This document shows positions 37,271-48,127 of a DNA stretch of 64,000 bases, piece after piece; the first letter of the stretch is position 1; each line of letters starts with the position of its first letter. The notes beneath the pieces were generated by a model. It made no database searches. It saw nothing but the letters and a program-made list of their open reading frames with translations, and had not been told where the DNA came from. The stretch is from NCBI RefSeq assembly GCF_028641065.1, contig NC_073400.1, forward strand, positions 8,246,001 to 8,310,000, written 5' to 3'. Position numbers and translations under genes: made by a program. Origin of the DNA: Leucoraja erinacea (Eukaryota).

Positions 37271-39345
37271 ACTTCTTTTCTGTTTTTCCTAGACATGATC
37301 CTGAAACATTCACATTTTCTGCTTTCTCAGAAACTGCCTGATCTGTGAAGAGCTTCCAGCACTTTTTGTGTTTATTTCAGAATTCCAGCAACATTGGTTT
37401 CTTTGAATATTGAACGTATAGCAGTTGTAGAAAGATGGCAGCCAGCAGTGGTCAAAATGAATATGGAATAGTCAAGTCTGATCAGGTGAGGTAAAACACA
37501 AAGTGCCGGAGTAACTCAGCAGGCCAGGCAACAACTGTGGAGGGAATGGATAGGCAATGTTTTGGGTTGAGACCCTTCTTCAGACATGGTGAAGTGTTTA
37601 GCAACAAATGTATTTGTTACTTAACACTTATAAAACATTCAAAGATAGGTAAGTAGAGATGTTATGAACCATGATAAGGCCCACAAGCAGAATAAACACT
37701 GAAATATTAAATTATTCCTCCTGTTCCCGTGTTACAGAATTGGAAAGAGGCAATCTTTATTCTGAGGTAGACAAAAATGCTGGAGAAACTCAGCGGGTGA
37801 GGCAGCATCTATGGAGTGAAGGAAATAGGCAACATTTCTGGTCGAAACCCTTCTTCAGACGAATTGTCTAATTATATATTTGACAGCATGTTTCCTCTCT
37901 GATCAGTTTGAATAAATGGAATCAAACCATGGAAGAAAATCTTGAAGCAGTAATTCATCTGACAGTGCAGAAATGTGCCTGACATTCCCAAAATGGTCCA
38001 CCGAAAAGAGTGGAGTACATCATATTTATCTTTAGAATGAATCCAGCGGTAAGTTTGTGTTGGCTAAATAAGAATAATCTACTTTAATTTGTATAGAAAT
38101 TAATATTTCAAAATCATTGACGAGATGATGTTTGGATTAAAAATCCAGTCCAAAATTAACGCAGGTTGCAAAAAATATTTTCTTGTAATTTATGTTGTCT
38201 AATGTATAAATATGTCATTATTTATTGCATTTTAAAAGAAATTAGTAGCTTGTTTGCTTGCTATCTGAACAGAAAGTAGTCTGTGAATAAACTCTGGCAT
38301 GTGTCTCTTTATACACTTGACTAAAAATATCTGTATCGGGTTACATGTGGCTAAAATAAAATGTGTTTCACATGAGTCGCTTCAGGAATGATCAAAACAT
38401 CAGCCTGGCCCTTCCAATCTTAATTCATTTATTTAAATGTTGAAAATCCTTCTCCAGAAGATTTGCGCGAGTATCTTCAAACACATACTCAAGAAGTCAC
38501 CATCATCAAGAGCTTTTAGCATTGCTGGCCTTGAGTGTGTTGCCCACATTAAAGAATAACAAACAAAGTCCCAAGAAGACTGGTAATAGTGTTTCTTCCA
38601 TTTTTTTTGTTTCACTCGTACACGAGTTCCCAACTTTCCTCATTGTCATAATACACAGGTCATGAATGCAGCAGCAGGAAGAGTGAATGAAGTCAGTTGA
38701 ATTCCATTCTGGTCTTTGATGAGTGCATTGCTTTTCTCAGCTACAGATCATCCCTTGTTCCGGCTTCTGATCACTAATTCAAAGGTGCAGACGTGGTTAA
38801 GCTATGGTTAAACTTAATCTTTCAGACGGTTAAACAGGCTGCTGACAATGATGTCTAAGGTCACACATGAAAATGGTTGCTTGATTGAGACACTTGGGGG
38901 AGCTGGTGCTGTAAAATATGTGCACTGCCAGTTTTCAATCTCTAGCAAAGCCGAATGCACAGACTAATAATACATGTGAGTCACACGGAGCTCTGTGTGC
39001 CTGGATTGTTGAAAGTTCTTTTGCAGAATGCATCATGCACTTTCCACGTACATTGCTGCTGCCCACAGGATATAACCCTTCACTGGATGACAATCTGAAA
39101 GCAACAATTATTGTTCAATATCAATGTTACATATGACAACTTCCTCTGAAAATAAATATGAACTGATTTAACCAAGTCGACAGTTTTGAAATTACTATTG
39201 TCACTTGAGTTGAAGTCATACATGATGGTATTATTGGAGTTTAGTCTCTTCCTGGACTTAGCAATATTTTCTTGACATTGAAAAATTAGGTTGGTTATGC
39301 CTGAACATAACCAGTACAGTCAGAGTTATTGATGCATACAGCACT

Positions 39346-39507
39346 CGTCTTATTGAGTCCACATACAAGATTAGAAGTTGTTCAGCCAGAGCTGAACCTA
39401 CTTCTCGGCATCTGCATACAATGGTGTCTGTCTTGCGCTTCTTGTGCCTGGCGGTGGAAAGATTGGTGAAAACAGGGCCACGACTTGATCGCTCTTTCCT
39501 TGACCCC
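39346..39507 (-). mobile_element. ~162-bp non-tRNA retroposon with 5' HDV-like fold, copy 1
   Basis: 11-bp TSD CATACAGCACT (39335-39345, 39508-39518). Colinear with 51298-51462. Confidence 0.82.
39456..39507 (-). ncRNA. Putative minimal HDV/CPEB3-like ribozyme, copy 1 (L3 mutated)
   Basis: GGGGUC-AA-GGAAAGA-GCG-AUCAAGU-CGU-GGCCCU-G-UUUUCA-CCAA-UCUUUCC. P1, P2 and P3 pair in HDV order. Confidence 0.6.
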
Positions 39508-40052
39508 CATACAGCACTGAAACAGGCCCTTCCACACAACTAATCTGCATCAACCATCAAGCACCCTTTTACACAAAACTATGTTTTATTCTCCCCGCAT
39601 TCCCATCAACTCTCCAGAGATTCTTTCTCAAACCTCCACATGAACTTTCTGTTTGTAGATAATTTCCCACAATGGCATACTCTGCATCTATGTCAATATT
39701 CATTTTGATGGCCTGATTAGTAATCTTTACTTAAAATTTAACATAGCTGTTTTGTTTTTACCTCCATTAGCATGTATGCTGCGTATAAAAGTGCTTAGGT
39801 TTATTATTGTCATATGTACCAAGCTTCAGTGAAAAGCTTTACTTTGCATGCTATCCAAATAAATCGGATAATTCTATACATAAATATAATCGTCAAAAGC
39901 GTCTCGCATTAGAGTCGACCATGCCGACCAATATGCCCATCTACACCCATTCAACCAGCCCACATTTGGCCCATATCCCTTAAAACCTTTCCTATCCATG
40001 TTCCTATCCGAATGTCTTTTAAATGTTGTTGTCTTGCTTCTCAACTACTTCC

Positions 40053-40298
40053 TTTAGATTTTAGGGGTATAGTGCGGAAACAGACCCTTCGTCCTACTGT
40101 CCACATTGACCAGAGATCACCCAGTACACTAGCACTACCCTGCACACTCGGGACAATTTACAATTTTACTGAACCCAATTAAATCTGTATGTCATTGGAG
40201 TGTGGGAGGGAACAAGGAGAGCATACAAACTCCGTACATACAGCACCCATAGCCAGTCTCTGGCGCTGTAAGGCAGCAACTTCACCGCTGTGCCACCC
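40053..40298 (-). mobile_element. V-SINE (HE1-like), internally deleted
   Basis: Reverse complement GGTGGCACAGCGGTGAAGTTGCTGCCTTACAGCGCCAGAGAC plus CR1-type tail. Confidence 0.8.
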
Positions 40299-40512
40299 TA
40301 TGGCAACTCGTTCCATATTTGCACCACCTTGCCCACAATGTCCATTTCATTGAACAATGTCCGAAGTAGGGTCTCGACCTGAAACGTCACCCGTTCCTTC
40401 TCTCCAGAGCTGCTGTCTGCCCCGCTAAGTTACTCCAGCATGTTATGTCTATCTTTGGTGTGTAGCCAGCATCTGCAGTTCCTGCCCACACATTGTTCAT
40501 TACATTGTTGTG

Positions 40513-40857
40513 TGGTGGTCTTGGAGAGGAAGTTGCTCCTCAAACTGCAGAACATCCTGGACAATACAGTGCACCCCCTCCATGACACACTGGTCAACCT
40601 GAGGAATACCTTCAGCAACAGATTCGTTCCACCAAGATGCAGAACAGAACACCACAGGAGGTACTTTTTCCCTGCGGCTTTCAAACTATACAACTCCTCC
40701 CCCTTCGGTTGTGGGGTAGACTGACTTCCCCCTCCAATCTTTGCACATCCCCAATCCATTCCACTCGTTACTTTTATTTAATTTCATGTATCTTGTGTTT
40801 TATAACTGTTAGCAAATCAATTTCCCTCCTGGGATAAATAAAATGCTATCGTATTGT
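40513..40857 (+). mobile_element. Rex1-type LINE 3' end
   Basis: ILDNTVHPLH...PRCRTEHHRRYFFPAAFKLYNSS and TTTCCCTCCTGGGATAAATAAA tail. Confidence 0.75.
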
Positions 40858-40939
40858 AAACTGTTATGCGCAGACATGTGCTGGATTTATTAAAGAAGCT
40901 TGACCTGAAGGGAATGTCTGCATTTTGTGTGGTTGCAGG

Positions 40940-41350
40940 GTCATAAGTGATAGGAGCAGAATTTGTCCATTCAGCTCATTGTCTACTCTGTCATTCAATC
41001 ATGGCTGATCTATATCTCCCTCCTAACCCCATGCTTCTGCCTTCTCCCCATAACCCCTGACACCTGTACTAATCAAGAATCTGAATCTGAAGAAGGGTCT
41101 TGACCCAAAACGTCACCCATTCCTTCTCTCCAGAGATGCAGCCTGTCCTGCTGAGTTACTCCAGCTTTTGATGTCTATGTTCGATTTAAACCAGTATCTG
41201 CAGTTCTTTCCTACATAAGAATCTATCTATCTCTGCCTTAAAAATACCCATTGACTTGGCCTCTACATCCTGTGGCAATAAATCGCACAGATTTACCACC
41301 CTCTGACTAAAGAAACCCCTCCTCGTCTCCTTCCCAAAGGAACGTCCTTT
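40940..41350 (-). mobile_element. CR1 3' fragment with nested Penelope-derived unit (~41085-41217), abutting the BLTP3A CpG island
   Basis: CR1 3' UTR on minus strand. The insert is flanked by AAGAATCT repeats and contains CTGAAGAAGGGTCTTGACCCAAAACGTC. Confidence 0.78.
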
Positions 41351-41359
41351 GGTCCTTGA

Positions 41360-41613
41360 GGGGATGTGGGTGCGGTTGCGGGCGCTGGGCGGCAGGCGGC
41401 GAGAGGGAGCTCCGGGCGAGCAGCGTCGGCACTAACGGCCCATCTTGCGGTCGATGGGCGGTCATTCAGGCGGCGACTTAACGGAAGGTGGTGGCGCGGC
41501 GGTGACCGGTGACCGGGACTGGGCGGCTGATGGACCCGACCCGCGCCTCCGGGCACCCGCTGGAGGCCTGACACGGCGGTTGAGGCAGCTCCGAGGTCGG
41601 GAACGGCGGCAGA
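41360..41613 (+). promoter_or_regulatory. CpG-island promoter / 5' UTR of BLTP3A
   Basis: Very GC- and CpG-rich, TATA-less, directly upstream of the ATG. ETS-like CGGAAG at ~41482. Confidence 0.72.
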
Positions 41614-41657
41614 ATGGCCGGGCTGATCAAGAAACAGATCCTCAAACACCTGTCCAG
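41614..41657 (+). CDS. BLTP3A: BLTP3A (UHRF1BP1) coding exon 1, start of the chorein_N lipid-transfer domain
   Basis: MAGLIKKQILKHLS(R), 44 nt, donor AG|GTAGGA. Matches the recalled BLTP3A/BLTP3B N-terminus MAGIIKKQILKHLSR. Paralog assigned by synteny with ILRUN. Exon 2 not found in the window. Confidence 0.88.
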
Positions 41658-41689
41658 GTAGGAGGCGGGACCTGGAGGCCGGCGCTGCA

Positions 41690-42200
41690 GGGGGAGAGAG
41701 TGAGTGCGTGTGGGGGGGAGAGTGAGAGTGAGTGTGGGAGAGAGTGGTGAGCATATGGGGAGAGGAGGTGATATGGAGAGAGAGCGTTCATGGTGAGCGG
41801 CGGACAGAGAGGGGGACACGGAAAAGGGGAGCGAGAGAAAGACACGGGAAGGAGAGGACGGGGAGAGGACAGGGGAGAGGGAGAGTGGGATAGGACACGG
41901 CGAGAGGGAGAGATGGACCAGAGGAGAGAGGGGGAGAGGACAGGGGAGAGGGAGAGAGAGGACACGGGGAGAGAGAGAGGACACGGTTAGAGGGAGGGAA
42001 GAGAGAGAGGATACGAGGGAGGGAGAGAGGGACATTGGGGGAGAGGGGGACGGAGAGAGAGGACAGGACACTGGGAGAGAGGGGAGACATGGAGGGAGAG
42101 GGGGAGAGAGAAAGAGGGACAAGAAGAGCGAGAAAGAGTTACAAGAGGAGAGGGAGAAAGAGGGGCAAGGGGAGACTGGGTGGATGTGGAAAAGGTGAGA
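41690..42200. repeat. GA-rich polypurine low-complexity tract at the start of BLTP3A intron 1
   Basis: Loose GGGAGAGAGGACAC-like repeats, the source of the S/L/P-rich ORF 41478-42506. Confidence 0.85.
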
Positions 42201-42477
42201 GTAAGGTGGGGGATCAAGGAAGTTATGGAACTCATTGAGGTGAGGGGCAGAAGAAGAAATGGAGGTGGGGAGCTGCTGAGGGAAGGAAAGTGGAAGAAGC
42301 AGGATTCTACTTTTAATAAAATGTGGTTGGGGTACAGCGGTCAAAGGTGACAAGTGGTAGACTTCGTAGTGGATGCATTGATTGTCATCTTTCAAAGTTC
42401 TATAATTTATAGAACATTTCTGCAAATTGCAGAGTTGCAAATGTAATGGAGGGGAAATGATTGAGGTTTTTTGAGTT

Positions 42478-42735
42478 CCATCGTGGAAACAGGCCCTTCG
42501 GCCCAACCAACGATCAATCGTACATTAGTTCTATCCTGCACGCTAGGGACCATTTACAGAAGCCAGTTCACCTACAAACCCACATGTCTTTGGAATGTGG
42601 GAGGAAACCTTAGTACCTGGAGAAATCCCACACGGTCACCGAGAGAACGTATAAACTCCTGACAGACAGCATCTGTAGTCGGGATCGAACCAGGGTCTCT
42701 GGCACTGTAAAGGCAGCAACTATACTGTTGTGCAC
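42478..42735 (-). mobile_element. V-SINE (HE1-like)
   Basis: Minus-strand B box GGTTCGATCCC, core and CR1-type tail GGGCCGAAGGGCCTGTTTCCACG. Confidence 0.82.
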
Positions 42736-43269
42736 TTAGGCAGACATCAATGGGACTGGAACTGCTAAGTATCTGTAATCAAGCATAAGTGGCAAGCCAC
42801 TTGGAAATAGCAATGAGATTGGACACAGATTTATGAAAGGGTTCTTGTTTTTTACATATCCAGGAGACAGGGTGGGATGAGGAGCAGTAGAGGTAGTTGT
42901 GGGAGTGGGTAAGCTGGCAAGCTAGCTAGCCAATCTCTGGGAGGAAGATAGACCCAGTAAAGTAAGGGAAAAATCAGACTGACCATGTGAAGATGAGAGC
43001 AGGGTTGAAATTTCCAGAGGATGTAAGATGAGAGGAGGAAAGTAAAAAGATATGCAGGGCAAGTTTGTTTACATGGAGTAGAAAGTGTCTGACGGAGTGG
43101 TGGTGGAAGCAGATATTTAAGAGGCAATTAGGTATGCACATGAATATGCAGGGAATGTAAGGATATTGATCACGCACAAGCAGAAGGGGTTAGATAATTT
43201 GGCATGCTTGACTTGGATGTCGTTGTCTATAGAGCCTGTTCCTGTGCTGTACTGTTCTATGTAATGGGT

Positions 43270-44200
43270 AGAATAGATGGAAGGAGAACCAATGGACATG
43301 GTGTATTAGGTTTTTCAGAAAGCATTTGAAAATACCATGTGCAAATTTAAAACACATAAACTCGGTCATGCATGCGAATGGATTGAAGATTAATTGACAG
43401 CACCAAAAGCAATAAACGAGTCTTTTCAGGGCGCCGAGTGGTACCCAAGGAGATATTGCAATGCTTGGGACCCTGCTGTTTACACTATTCATTAATGATT
43501 TGGAAGTGGGAATCAAATGTAATCATTTTTAATTTGTCAATGACACAATTTATGAGAAGAATGCTATAAAGTTTCAAGGTGATTGGACAAACTGAATGCG
43601 TGACAACTTGGATAGATGTGAGGTTCTACATTACAGGAAGATAAAGAGAGCAACAGACTGGGAAATATTAACATACAAAGGGGATCAGTGTGTCTTTATA
43701 CATCAGTCATTGAAAGTAAATGTAGTTGCAGCAAGCAGTTAAAAAGACACATGGTATGTTGGCCTTTGTTGTAAAAGTACAGGAACAAGAATATCTTGCT
43801 TCAGTTGCACAGATTTTTGGTGACGGTACCTGATGTGTTGTGTGCACTTAACTAAGAATTGATATACTTGCAATCGAGGGAGCATAGTGAAGGTTCAGCA
43901 GACAGATTTCTGAGATGAGGGGAAGAGTGGAATGATAAGTGTTTGGGTCAAGATGGCATGTTTTCACTTGAGTTTAGAAATATGAGGGAAGATCACATTG
44001 AAACATGTAAAATTCCAATGGTGCTTGGCAGGTTGGAAGTGAGGAGAATGTTTCCGCTGATGGGTCAACCTGGAACAAGGGGACACAGAAAGACAAAAAG
44101 CACGAAGACGGCAAGCAACTTCTGCACTTAGAGCAGTGAACCTGTGGCATTCTCTTGCATTGAAAGCTGTGGAGGCCAAGTTGCCGAATATACAAATGGG
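43270..44200 (+). mobile_element. Old, highly diverged CR1 fragment
   Basis: Remnants of SGTQG..LGTLLFTLFINDL, FSLEFRNMREDHIETCKI, AVNLWHSL. Confidence 0.7.
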
Positions 44201-44241
44201 AGGAGCATGATGGATTACTGATTGCAAAAGGCAACTACATA

Positions 44242-44427
44242 CAGTGCCCTCCATAATGTTTGGGACAAAGACCCATCATTTATTTATTTGCCTCTGTACT
44301 CCATAATTTGAGATTTGTAAGAAAAAAATCACTTGTGGTTAAAGTGCATATTGTCAGATTTTAATAAAGGCCATTATTATACATTTTTGTTTCACCATGT
44401 AGAAATTACAGCCGTGTTTATACATAA
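44242..44427. mobile_element. Solo partial TIR of the Tc1 family seen at 11406 and 48128
   Basis: TA+CAGTGCCCTCCATAATGTTTGGGACAAAGACCCATC, truncated after ~185 bp. Confidence 0.85.
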
Positions 44428-44602
44428 TTGCAAAATTGAAACAGTAAGAAACAAATCTGCTTCTCCATACATTGAAGTGTGGTGTCGGTTGTGCATAAGA
44501 ACATTGGAAATAGAAACAGGTAGAAGTTGTTCAGCCTCCTGCACCTGTTCTGCCATTCAATCTGGTTACAACAGAAAGTTGCCTTTGTGCCACTTTCCTG
44601 CA

Positions 44603-44896
44603 TTAGTTTTTGTTAGAGATACAGCGCGGAAACAGGCCCTTCGGCCCACCGAGTCTGCACCGACCGCACAGTAACACTCCTACACACACTAGGGACAATT
44701 TACACATAAACCAAGCCAATTAACCTACAAGCCTGCAAGTCTTTGGAGTGGGAGGAAGCCGAATATCTCAGAGAAAACCCGCGCGGTCACGGGGAGAACA
44801 TACAAACTCCGTACAGACAGCACGTAGTCGGGATTGAACCCGGGTCTTCAGTGCTGCAAGACAGCAACTCTATCACTGCGCAACCGTGGCCGCCCT
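44603..44896 (-). mobile_element. V-SINE (HE1-like)
   Basis: Minus-strand B box GGTTCAATCCC, V core and CR1-type tail. Confidence 0.85.
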
Positions 44897-45126
44897 TGCT
44901 CATTAACCCTATGTTCTTTGATACCTCTAATATCCAAAAGCATATTGATCTATTTCTTGAGTATACCTGTAGCTGAACCTTTAAAACCCTCTTCGGCAAT
45001 GAATTCCAACATAAACTAACTGCCAGTCTCAGTATGAACAGCTGACATTTTGAGATTGCGTGTTGTAGACACAAGAGCCTTGGGATAAATATCCTCCTAT
45101 TCTGTCACGCCAAGTAAGAATCTTGT

Positions 45127-45544
45127 GTGGAAAGGAACTGCAGATGCTCGTTTATATCAAAGATTGAGACAAAAGGCAGGAGTAACTCAGCATTTCTGGA
45201 GAAAAGGAATGGGTGATGTTCCAGAAACATCACCTTTTCCTTTTCCCAGGAGATGCTGCCTGGCCCGCTGAATTACTGTAGCATCTTGTGTCTATCTATC
45301 AAGTAAGAATGTGTAGGAAGGAACTGCAGATGCTGGTTTAAATCTAAGATAAACACAGTGGGCGGTAGAAAGGAATCCACTCCCTTTGTCCTGTTTTCAC
45401 ACCAAACACTTCCCTATCTATACACTTCCTTATCAATGTACCGCCCATTCTCCTGGCATCAGTCTGAAGAAGGGTCTCGACCCGAAACGTCACCCATTCC
45501 TTCTCTCCCGTCTGTCCCTCTGAGTTACTTCAGCAGTTTGTATT
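45127..45544. mobile_element. Two tandem Penelope-derived inverted units (45127-45299, 45311-45544)
   Basis: Each begins GTG..GAAGGAACTGCAGATGCT. AAGTAAGAAT(CTTGT) recurs at 45112, 45301 and 45545. Confidence 0.72.
45461..45495 (+). ncRNA. Putative minimal type-I hammerhead ribozyme (Penelope type), best-preserved copy
   Basis: CUGAAGA-A-GGGU-CUCG-ACCC-GAA-ACGU-C: catalytic core, stem II, palindromic ACGU stem III and GUC site. Stem I is only about 2 bp. Confidence 0.55.
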
Positions 45545-48127
45545 AAGTAAGAATCTTGTTTGAAACAATTTCCATTCTCCTAAACTGTGGAAAGCATTAA
45601 CCCAGTCTGCTTAATCTCTTCACCTTTGGTAATCCCTCCATCCCAAAAATCAAAAACTGCATAAAGTAAAAACAGAAAATGCTGGGAATACTCACTGGGT
45701 CATGTTGCATCAGTGGGAAGAAAAACAACTTTAATGATTTGTGTTGTAAACCCTTCGTCAGACAAAAGGATTAGGTTCCAGATCAATGATGTACTTGGGC
45801 ACAAGCTATGTCTGGCCTTTTCAAGAATGTGGAACGAGCTTTGTTTCCTGGCCCATTTCCTCACTCTTCGGCTATTTAGATGATTGCTTTTGTGCTGCTT
45901 ACTGTACTTTAGCAGATCCAGAACTGAATGATTGAGTTGCATTTGCTGCCATTTTCTACCCTGTTCTCGTCTGATCATGATTAATCGCTGAATTTTCCCT
46001 TGCTTTTCTGGATCTCTCTACTCTGGGGATAGGATAGTTACTCCCATCCATTACAAGCCTACCAACTTCCACTGCCATCTTCACTGCTCTGCATCCCTTT
46101 CTGCCTCCTTTAAGGACACTGTTCCATTCTCCCAGTAGTCTGTGTTCATCATCAAATATTCCACTGCCAGACACATCGTCCCTCCTCATCCCATTTTAGT
46201 GCATTACAGTGACTATTTGCATTGTGACTCCGTTGTCCATTCTTCCCATTCCACCAACCACCCCACTTACTACGCTTTTCCTTGCAACCGTATCTTCTCA
46301 CCATCCAGCAGTTCAGAGTATTTCCATGTGAAGCAGTAATTTACTTGCACTTTATCCAAACTAATATTAATTTAGTGTTTACAATGTGATCATGTAAGTT
46401 CATAATAAGACATAGGGGCAGACTTAGACCATTTGACTTATCAAGTCTGCTCCACCATTCAATCACGACTTATCCATCTTTTCCTCTCCACCCCATTCTC
46501 TTACCTTACCTAACCTTTGACACCCTTACTAATCAATCTCTGCTTTAAAAATACCCAAAGGCTTGGCCTCCAGCGCCGTCTGTGGCGATGAATGCCACAG
46601 ATTCACCACCTCTACAACAGAGAATCCAAAATGACTTGCGGACCACTTTACAGAGGACTGTGCATTTCCCATTGCTTGCCACTTTAATTCTCCACTCCAT
46701 TCCCACTATCAGTCTGTGGCTTCCTGTACTGCAGCAATGAGACCCAACACAAACTTAAGGAACAGCCCCTCCCCCCAGTCTGTAACGTTGCAGTCTTCTG
46801 GGGTCGAAACGTGGCAGATATCAGAATGTCAGAATTTCCTAACAAGCAGCAGATATTGGAATTACTGTAGACCCAACCACATTGGCAGATAGGCTTCTCT
46901 TTGACGCAAGTAGGAGAGGGGATGCATCTCTGCTCTAGAGCATAAAATGTTATGATCATCCAAAGGCAGCCTACTTTCTAGCTCCTAAACTGACATTTAT
47001 ACTATTTAGGTAATACTTTGACGTATTCTCACCTGCCTGTATCATAACAGTATCTAGACTTGATGATTTTAAACATCTGCGGGTTTTGATTGTAGAGCTT
47101 TTGCTTAGTCTTTGCCAAGTTGAATCATCAATCTCATTCAGAACAGGCATACATGCCAGTCTGAAGAAGGGTATCGACCCGAAATGTCACCGATTTCTTC
47201 TATCCAGATATGCTGCCTGGAGTAACCACATTTTGTGTCTATCTTTGGTTTAAACCAGCAGCGGCAGTTCCTTCCCACAATGGGAGTTTATCAATCTGAC
47301 ATCTAGGTATCAACAAAGAATTTTCCTTATATTTCAGTTGGTGAAAGGGCAAATTGTTTTTGCTCATTAATATTTGCCAGAGAATGGGGTTTGGTCCACG
47401 GAGAGGAATGTTACTTGCTTTCCATTCTTTGATCATTTGTGCATAACCACTGGGCAAGGGCAAATATTGGCTTGACTGAAACTGATGGGTAATTGGTCAA
47501 TAAAACCATTGAGAGCATTTTGTAAATTGGGAGAAGATAAAATAATTGAAGGGGGGAGGAGTGATAATGGTTGCTGTTTCTGTTTTGTTTTGGCATTATC
47601 AGTTTTCCAAGGACATTCTGAGCAGGAGTCTAATTCACTATTACTGTCATTGCATCATGTTGGAATTCTCGGCTTGCTACATTTTTTTTACATTGAAGCC
47701 AAAGTCTGCTATGCAAAACTGATTTTAAATCGTGACTATTTAATGTTGTTGCTGTTGTGATTTTCATGTGCAATTATGTGTGTTTAAGTAAGTAATCTGC
47801 TTATTGGTTTGAATAGGATTGAATAAGCAGGATGTGCATCATATGGAGAGGATTAGCTCAGAGAGTCTGACAGCCAGAGCTGATCGTGAATTTAGTGTTC
47901 AAGAAGTGGAAAAATCAATGGGTTTAAGACCCGGTGGGTGGGAGAAGAATCAGCAGAGGCAACAGTGCAAATTGTTTAGGTCTTCTTCATAAAAGCTCAA
48001 GAAATGCTTGTGCTTATTGGTGAGGGACAAGGTTTGCTGTGAATTTGTAAAGCTTCAAGTTATTTTTACTCTTTTACTGTCCTTTGAATAGTCAGCACTT
48101 TGAGCAATGAAGAGTAGAATCCAAATA

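Noticed and set aside
41478-42506. 342-aa minus-strand ORF
   Set aside because: S/L/P-rich read-through of the GA tract, antisense to the real exon, with no domain.
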